Below are positions 44,671 to 49,941 of a DNA stretch of 49,941 bases, piece after piece. Source of the stretch: Synechococcus sp. (GTDB taxonomy: Bacteria > Cyanobacteriota > Cyanobacteriia > Thermostichales > PCC-7336); assembly GCA_051439605.1 (NCBI GenBank), contig JBFRWN010000128.1, positions 1 through 49,941 on the forward strand, written 5' to 3'. A model generated the notes under the pieces. That model ran no database searches. It was not told the origin of the DNA and saw nothing but the letters and a program-made list of their open reading frames with translations. Both the position numbers and the translations under genes were made by a program. The first letter of the stretch is position 1; each line of letters opens with the position of its first letter.

Positions 44671-46944
44671 ATGCAAAACCTGTCTAATACCGGTCAAGAA
44701 GAGCATCCCAACAGACGCCCTCCCGAGCAGAAAATGGGGGGCGGTTGGCCTCTTGTGCAGTATTGGGCGGAGGAGACTCTCTCTCCAAAGGGGTTGCAGC
44801 TCTGGAAAACCCTCTTTCATAAGAGTGCCTGTATTTCCTGTGCTTGGGGGACGGGTGGGCAAAAAGGTGGCTTTACCAACGAAGCAGGAGATAGGTTGCA
44901 ACGGTGCATGAAAAGTGTTGAGGCTATTGCTTCCGAATTACAAGCAGGGGTTGAGCGACATTTTTTCGAACGTTACAGTCTCTCGGATCTAACACAACTT
45001 AGTTCGATGGAGGCCAATCGCCTCGGCCGCTTGAGCTTTCCCGTCATCTACCGGGCAGGGCAATCTCATTTCCAAAGGATTGGGTGGGAAGAGATTTACG
45101 ATTTAGCCACATCAGCTTTTCAGCGATTGCCAGAACGGGTTGCGTCTTATAGCTCCGGCAGATCCTCCAACGAGGCAGCTTACCTGTTGCAGCTGATGAT
45201 GAGGGCAATGGGTTCAAATAATTTGGCGGATTGCTCGGATTTGTGTCACGCTCCGTCATCGGTGGGATTAAAAGCGGTCTTTGGTACTGGCACGTCTACG
45301 GTAAGTTTGGAGAGTTTGCGTCAGTCAGATTGCATTGTGTTGGTGGGCTCTAATGCCCCCGCCAATCATCCCCGACTGATGAACGAACTGATTCAATTGC
45401 GCGATCGCGGTGGCAAGGTGATTGTCATCAATCCGGTTCGCGAAGTGGGGTTAGTCAAGTTTGGCTCTCCTGCCTTTCCGCTATCTTCTCTGATACAAGG
45501 ATCGGAAATTGCCTCCCTGTTCCTGCAACCGATTCCCGGCAGCGATCTGGCGATTTTTGTCGGCATTCAAAAGTACTTACTGGAGCAGCAGTTGGTCCGG
45601 GTGGAGTTTTTGCAGGCTCACACGGAAGGTTGGCAGCAGGTATTAGAGCAGGCACGATCGCTGTCATGGCAAGCGATTGTGGAAACCTGTGGACTGTCGC
45701 GGGAGGAAATTGCTGCGACTGCACGGGCGATCTCCGATTCCGAGCGGGTGGTGTTTGCTTGGGCGATGGGCATTACCCAGCAAGCCAACGGTGTGGACAA
45801 CATTTTTGCCATTGCCAATACTGCTTTGATGACGGGCAATGCGGGCAAAGCAGGGGCAGGGTTAATGCCAATTCGGGGTCACTCGAACGTGCAGGGATTT
45901 GGATCCATGGGGGTGACCGCCCGTCTGAAGGCAGAGATTCGCGAAGCCCTTGAAGCCCTACTGGGGCGATCGCTGAAGCGCGAACCGGGATACGACGCGC
46001 GAGCCTTGATCGAAGCCAGCGATCGCGGACAGGTGGATACGCTGTTGTGTTTGGGGGGGAATTTATATGCGGCCAATCCCGACCTGAGGCAGGCGAAACG
46101 GGCCTTGGGCCAGATCGATACGATTTTCTACTTATCCACCAAGCCCAATTTGGGTCACTTCCACGGACTGGCAAAGCGCAATACCATCATTGTTCCGGTG
46201 TACGCACGGTTCGAAAATCCCCACAAAACCACCACCGAGTCAGGTAATAATTTCGTGCGGTTGAATGAGGAGGGGAAAACCCACCTCACAGATGCCGATC
46301 TGATTTCAGAAGTCGAATTTCTGACGGAGTTGGCGCACCGCATTCATGGCGATCGACCGGTCAACTGGCGGCAGTTGAAAAATACCCGTTACGTGCGGCA
46401 ACTGATTGCTCGCACCATTCCCGGCTACGAGCAAATTGGCCAAATTGACCAGACGCGGCAAGAATTTACCATTTCCGGACGGATTTTCACTCAACCGGAA
46501 TTTCCGACACCTTCGGGAAAGGCAAGGATGCAGCTGACCCCTCTGCCAATTCTTAAGCTTCCCCAACCCAAGGAGTTTGGAGTGTCCCCTGAGAGGGGAA
46601 TTGTCGTGGCCCTGATGACCGGCCGCAGCTATTCCCAACACAATACGGTGGTTTACAAATCGGGGGATCGATATCGCGGCATGCCCCACCGCGATTGCAT
46701 TTTAATGAATGCTGATGACATCCAGACTGCGGGGTTTGAAGATCGCCAAACCGTCAGCGTCAGAGGAGATGCCGGTCAATTAGACAACATCGAGATTATT
46801 TGCGGTTCCGTTCGCCAAGGGGCAGCCATGATGTTTTATCCAGAGGCCAACGTGTTGATGAAAGCTCGCATAGAACGGCGATCGGGGACGCCTGCCTACA
46901 AGCGGGTACCGGTGCTGGTATATGATGCAGAATCTGTTGAGTAG
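44671..46944 (+). CDS. FdhF/YdeP-family molybdopterin oxidoreductase
   Basis: CISCAWG, YSSGRSSNEA, NNLADCSDLCH, IRGHSNVQG, GRSYSQHNT, YPEANVL. Confidence 0.9.
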   Translation: MQNLSNTGQEEHPNRRPPEQKMGGGWPLVQYWAEETLSPKGLQLWKTLFHKSACISCAWGTGGQKGGFTNEAGDRLQRCMKSVEAIASELQAGVERHFFERYSLSDLTQLSSMEANRLGRLSFPVIYRAGQSHFQRIGWEEIYDLATSAFQRLPERVASYSSGRSSNEAAYLLQLMMRAMGSNNLADCSDLCHAPSSVGLKAVFGTGTSTVSLESLRQSDCIVLVGSNAPANHPRLMNELIQLRDRGGKVIVINPVREVGLVKFGSPAFPLSSLIQGSEIASLFLQPIPGSDLAIFVGIQKYLLEQQLVRVEFLQAHTEGWQQVLEQARSLSWQAIVETCGLSREEIAATARAISDSERVVFAWAMGITQQANGVDNIFAIANTALMTGNAGKAGAGLMPIRGHSNVQGFGSMGVTARLKAEIREALEALLGRSLKREPGYDARALIEASDRGQVDTLLCLGGNLYAANPDLRQAKRALGQIDTIFYLSTKPNLGHFHGLAKRNTIIVPVYARFENPHKTTTESGNNFVRLNEEGKTHLTDADLISEVEFLTELAHRIHGDRPVNWRQLKNTRYVRQLIARTIPGYEQIGQIDQTRQEFTISGRIFTQPEFPTPSGKARMQLTPLPILKLPQPKEFGVSPERGIVVALMTGRSYSQHNTVVYKSGDRYRGMPHRDCILMNADDIQTAGFEDRQTVSVRGDAGQLDNIEIICGSVRQGAAMMFYPEANVLMKARIERRSGTPAYKRVPVLVYDAESVE

Positions 46945-47176
46945 TTCCTGTCTTAGCGACAATACTGGGCGACTTGTCCTGATGTAGGCAATCAAAGTCC
47001 AACCCGCTGCTGGACTGTCTAAAAACGTAATAAAACATGCCCAGCAAGGGTTATGGCTTTTTGAAAGCGTCAATTTTTCTGCAATTCCTATAGATTCTCC
47101 CAATATTCCCGGTTTCTTCCCTGCAGGTTCTCGAAGGACTGAGATACTAAAGCTATACGAATCTGTTTTGAATGAC

Positions 47177-47216
47177 ACGGGGCTGCGTCTTCAATAAGCC
47201 CCGTCTTTTATTTTTC
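47177..47216 (+). terminator. Rho-independent terminator
   Basis: ACGGGGCT...AGCCCCGT stem followed by CTTTTATTTTTT. Confidence 0.65.
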
Positions 47217-47330
47217 GCACCTGCAGGTTGAACTTCGCAACGCTATGCGTCCCAAATCTGTAGTTAAGATCGAGGTCGTAGACTTTACGTCGTCGAGAAC
47301 TTCGACCGATCGCCTTCACTTACCCTTTTC

Positions 47331-48104
47331 ATGTGTCGTGCCAGTTTCCGGTTTTATGCCGAACTGAATGATTTTTTGCCTCTGGAACAGAGATATGTCA
47401 GCTTCATGCATACCGTTAAGGGACGGTCTTCTATCAAAGATGCTGTGGAATCCCTCGGGGTTCCCCATCCCGAGATCGACTTATTGTTAGTCGATGGAAA
47501 ATCCGTCAATTTTTCCTACCGGCTGAAGCAAGGAGATCGAGTCAGTGTCTACCCCTACTTCTCAAGTCTGGATATTGAGTCTTTCTCAAAAGTTCGCCCC
47601 AAAAGACTCACAAGACTCCGCTTCATTGCAGATGTTCACTTGGGAAAGCTAGTCCGCAGCCTACGCATGCTTGGCTTCGATACCCTTTACAGCAATAGCT
47701 ATACCGATAAGGAGCTCGCTACCCGATCGAGTCAAGAGCATCGTATCCTCTTGACCCGCGATCGGGGATTGCTCAAGCACAGTCAGGTTATATATGGCTA
47801 CTGCCTGCGATCGAGCGATCCACGGAAACAGGTATTAGAGATTCTGCATCGCTATCGCGCCTTCGATTTAATTCAACCGTTACAGCGCTGTTTGCGCTGC
47901 AATTCCCTGACAAAAAGTGTGCCAAAAGCCCTGATATACAAACGTTTGCCACCCTTTGTTCGCGCCCACAACCAGGACTTTTGGCTCTGTCCGGGCTGCG
48001 ATCGCATCTATTGGAAAGGAACGCACTACGAACATATGCTGCAGTTTTGCTCCGAAGTGCTCGAACATCGCACGTCAGTGAAAAAAGACAAAAGACTATG
48101 CTGA
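47331..48104 (+). CDS. Mut7-C RNase (PIN-like) protein with N-terminal ubiquitin-like domain
   Basis: FRFYAELNDFL..SIKDAVESLGVPHPEI; ADVHLGKL..LRMLGFDT, LLTRD, RC.RCN, CPGC.RIYWKGTH. Confidence 0.88.
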   Translation: MCRASFRFYAELNDFLPLEQRYVSFMHTVKGRSSIKDAVESLGVPHPEIDLLLVDGKSVNFSYRLKQGDRVSVYPYFSSLDIESFSKVRPKRLTRLRFIADVHLGKLVRSLRMLGFDTLYSNSYTDKELATRSSQEHRILLTRDRGLLKHSQVIYGYCLRSSDPRKQVLEILHRYRAFDLIQPLQRCLRCNSLTKSVPKALIYKRLPPFVRAHNQDFWLCPGCDRIYWKGTHYEHMLQFCSEVLEHRTSVKKDKRLC

Positions 48105-48258
48105 GTCTTCCTTCTGTAAAGCAATGGAGTTTTTCAGGCCCGATCTCTTACAATTGATAGTGTGCACTGTCGATAAAATTGCATGCAAATTCGGTCGAAA
48201 ATGCACCACTAATTGTAACAAATCATCTCAGTCTGTTTGCCTAAAGAGAAACAGAGTA

Positions 48259-48597
48259 ATGACCGATTTATCTCAACAAACCTGTGTCCCCTGTCACGGA
48301 AATCTCGATCCTCTGACCCCTGCAGAAATTGCCAAACTGCAGCCGGATGTCCCCAAATGGTCGGTGATTCGCGAACAAAACGAAAACCGATTGCAGCGGG
48401 TATTTATTTTCCCGGATTTCAAAACTGCTATGGAGTTCAGCGTCTGTGTGGGGAACGATGCGGAGGATGTGGGTCACCATCCGACCATTCTGACGGAATG
48501 GGGTAAGGTCACCGTTACGTGGTGGACTCACGCCATCGGGGGACTACATAACAATGATTTCATCATGGCAGCGCGGACGGATAAGTTGGCGACATAG
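48259..48597 (+). CDS. phhB: Pterin-4-alpha-carbinolamine dehydratase
   Basis: CVPC, F.DF..A, GHHP, WWTHAIGGLH.NDFIMAA. Confidence 0.9.
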   Translation: MTDLSQQTCVPCHGNLDPLTPAEIAKLQPDVPKWSVIREQNENRLQRVFIFPDFKTAMEFSVCVGNDAEDVGHHPTILTEWGKVTVTWWTHAIGGLHNNDFIMAARTDKLAT

Positions 48598-48711
48598 GCT
48601 GTTGCTGGGAGTTTAGAACCAGCGTAACGAGTTACAGTTGGCGGTTTCAACGAGATACTCCCATCAACTCATCAATCCAACAATCCGGGAGAGGATCGAT
48701 AGCTTGCGGCG

Positions 48712-49938
48712 TTAACGATGTGTTTGAGACTCTCCTAACACCTCTAAAATTATGGCAACAATGCGCTCCGATGCCCCAGGTGTCCCCAATCGCTCTCGCC
48801 CATTGACCACGCAAGCTTCCAGATATGCTTTATCTGAGATGGTCTCCACCAATCGCTGCGCCGCTTGACGAAGGATCTCAGGTGTGGCAGCCTCAGTACC
48901 AATTGTTTGGGCTGACAATCCCAGAAGACGATTTTGGGCTTCTGCAAAAGGATAGGTGAATTGCGGTCCTTCTCCGGCAATTTGAATCACAGGTTTGCCA
49001 ATAGCAACTGCCTGATCTACTGCTAAGCCAGCCATACCCACCACCAAAGTACAGCCACAAACTATATCGTTAAAGGCATCGGCATAGCATCGCACCTCTG
49101 CTTTGGGGCGATCGCCATTTCCTGGCAGACTCAACACCCCACTGTCTACATCCAATTGCCAGCCAGTTGAATGGGCGAGGTCCAGTAAGCAGCCCATTAC
49201 TCCAGGGACTAGGGCTGCGTAGAACTGAATGGTGTCTGGTGACTGTATCTTGACAACTTCTGCTACTAATTGCAGTTGCAGTTTAAAGTTGCGAATGGCT
49301 TCCGGAAGGCGAGACCCCGGTAGCAACGCGATCGCCGGGATGTCTGGCTTTTGCCGAATATCTTTGCCAGTCGGGACAAGATAGTCGAGGGAGGGAATGC
49401 CGCCGAATTTAGCTTTAGTCAATCCCTGTTTTTGAAGACTGACCGCTGTAGGAGGATCGCGGGTAATCACGGCTTGACAGCGATCGCGAGTCAGATAAAA
49501 GCGCAGGAACGGATCGGGCTTTAACTCCCCTTCGTACAGTGCTGACATCGGGGAAATAAAGGAGATGTATTTGTTCTTACTGAAATAGGAAAATGTCTGC
49601 CCAACAACGTCACCCGTGGTAAAGACGAGATCGCAAGTGGGGGCGTATTTGCGAACTGCCATGAGCTGTTGCCAAAGCAGAGAAAGCAGACCCGCCCGAA
49701 TATCTTTCCACAACAGCCAGCGATCGACGTAGGTAAAGCCACCAGAGGGCATAGTTTTCGTCGGGCCAATAATGGGGATACCAAGACGGCGATAGGCGTT
49801 TCCCTCCCCCACAACTGGCATTGCTGCGATGTCGACCGAAGGAAGCGTCTCCTTCAGCTTGCGAATGATGAACGATGAATGGTTATCTTCCCCATGACCG
49901 TTGCTGATAAACAGAATGCGTTTTGACGTGCTGTCCAC
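48712..49938 (-). CDS. Lipid-A-disaccharide synthase-related protein (GT-B fold)
   Basis: FISNGHGED, PSGGF, LLPGSR.PEA..N, GMAG, GKPVIQ..G.GPQF. Confidence 0.85.
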   Translation of the reverse strand: MDSTSKRILFISNGHGEDNHSSFIIRKLKETLPSVDIAAMPVVGEGNAYRRLGIPIIGPTKTMPSGGFTYVDRWLLWKDIRAGLLSLLWQQLMAVRKYAPTCDLVFTTGDVVGQTFSYFSKNKYISFISPMSALYEGELKPDPFLRFYLTRDRCQAVITRDPPTAVSLQKQGLTKAKFGGIPSLDYLVPTGKDIRQKPDIPAIALLPGSRLPEAIRNFKLQLQLVAEVVKIQSPDTIQFYAALVPGVMGCLLDLAHSTGWQLDVDSGVLSLPGNGDRPKAEVRCYADAFNDIVCGCTLVVGMAGLAVDQAVAIGKPVIQIAGEGPQFTYPFAEAQNRLLGLSAQTIGTEAATPEILRQAAQRLVETISDKAYLEACVVNGRERLGTPGASERIVAIILEVLGESQTHR

Positions 49939-49941
49939 AAA

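Noticed and set aside
44671..46944. Selenocysteine formate dehydrogenase, suggested by mnmH in the window
   Set aside because: No in-frame TGA; the ligand position is Cys (DLCH), and the sequence is of the YdeP type

Overview
Cyanobacterial chromosomal window, judged from the many HIP1 GCGATCGC octamers, ndhS, phycobiliprotein-fold genes and a group-2 sigma factor. The most striking element is a head-to-tail tandem pair of diverged 7-gene minus-strand operons (6.8-11.2 kb and 12.4-16.8 kb). Each reads V4R - small repeat protein - phycobiliprotein-like - V4R - 2Fe-2S ferredoxin - allophycocyanin-like - membrane-anchored TPR, the gene order I recall for Synechocystis slr0144-slr0151 ('Pap' operon). 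The two copies share short upstream motifs and differ at metal-site residues. To their left lie a cellulose synthase with a degenerate PilZ, a group-2 sigma factor facing an XRE regulator, a cupin and a cysteine hydrolase. The rest of the window holds ndhS, secreted msrA/msrB with an ECF sigma/anti-sigma/Spy module, mnmH(selU), two stand-alone MshEN-repeat paralogues, ileS, ppk2, a Tat multicopper oxidase, purN, mscS, iscA, an ATL protein, glcD, an OYE-trx-peroxiredoxin cluster with a divergent ArsR, a DUF4278 gene under a glutamine riboswitch and NtcA-like site, an FdhF/YdeP oxidoreductase, a Mut7-C protein, a pterin dehydratase and a lipid-A-disaccharide synthase-related protein. I saw no rRNA, tRNA, CRISPR array or transposase. 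All family calls come from recognising motifs by eye; no database search was run.
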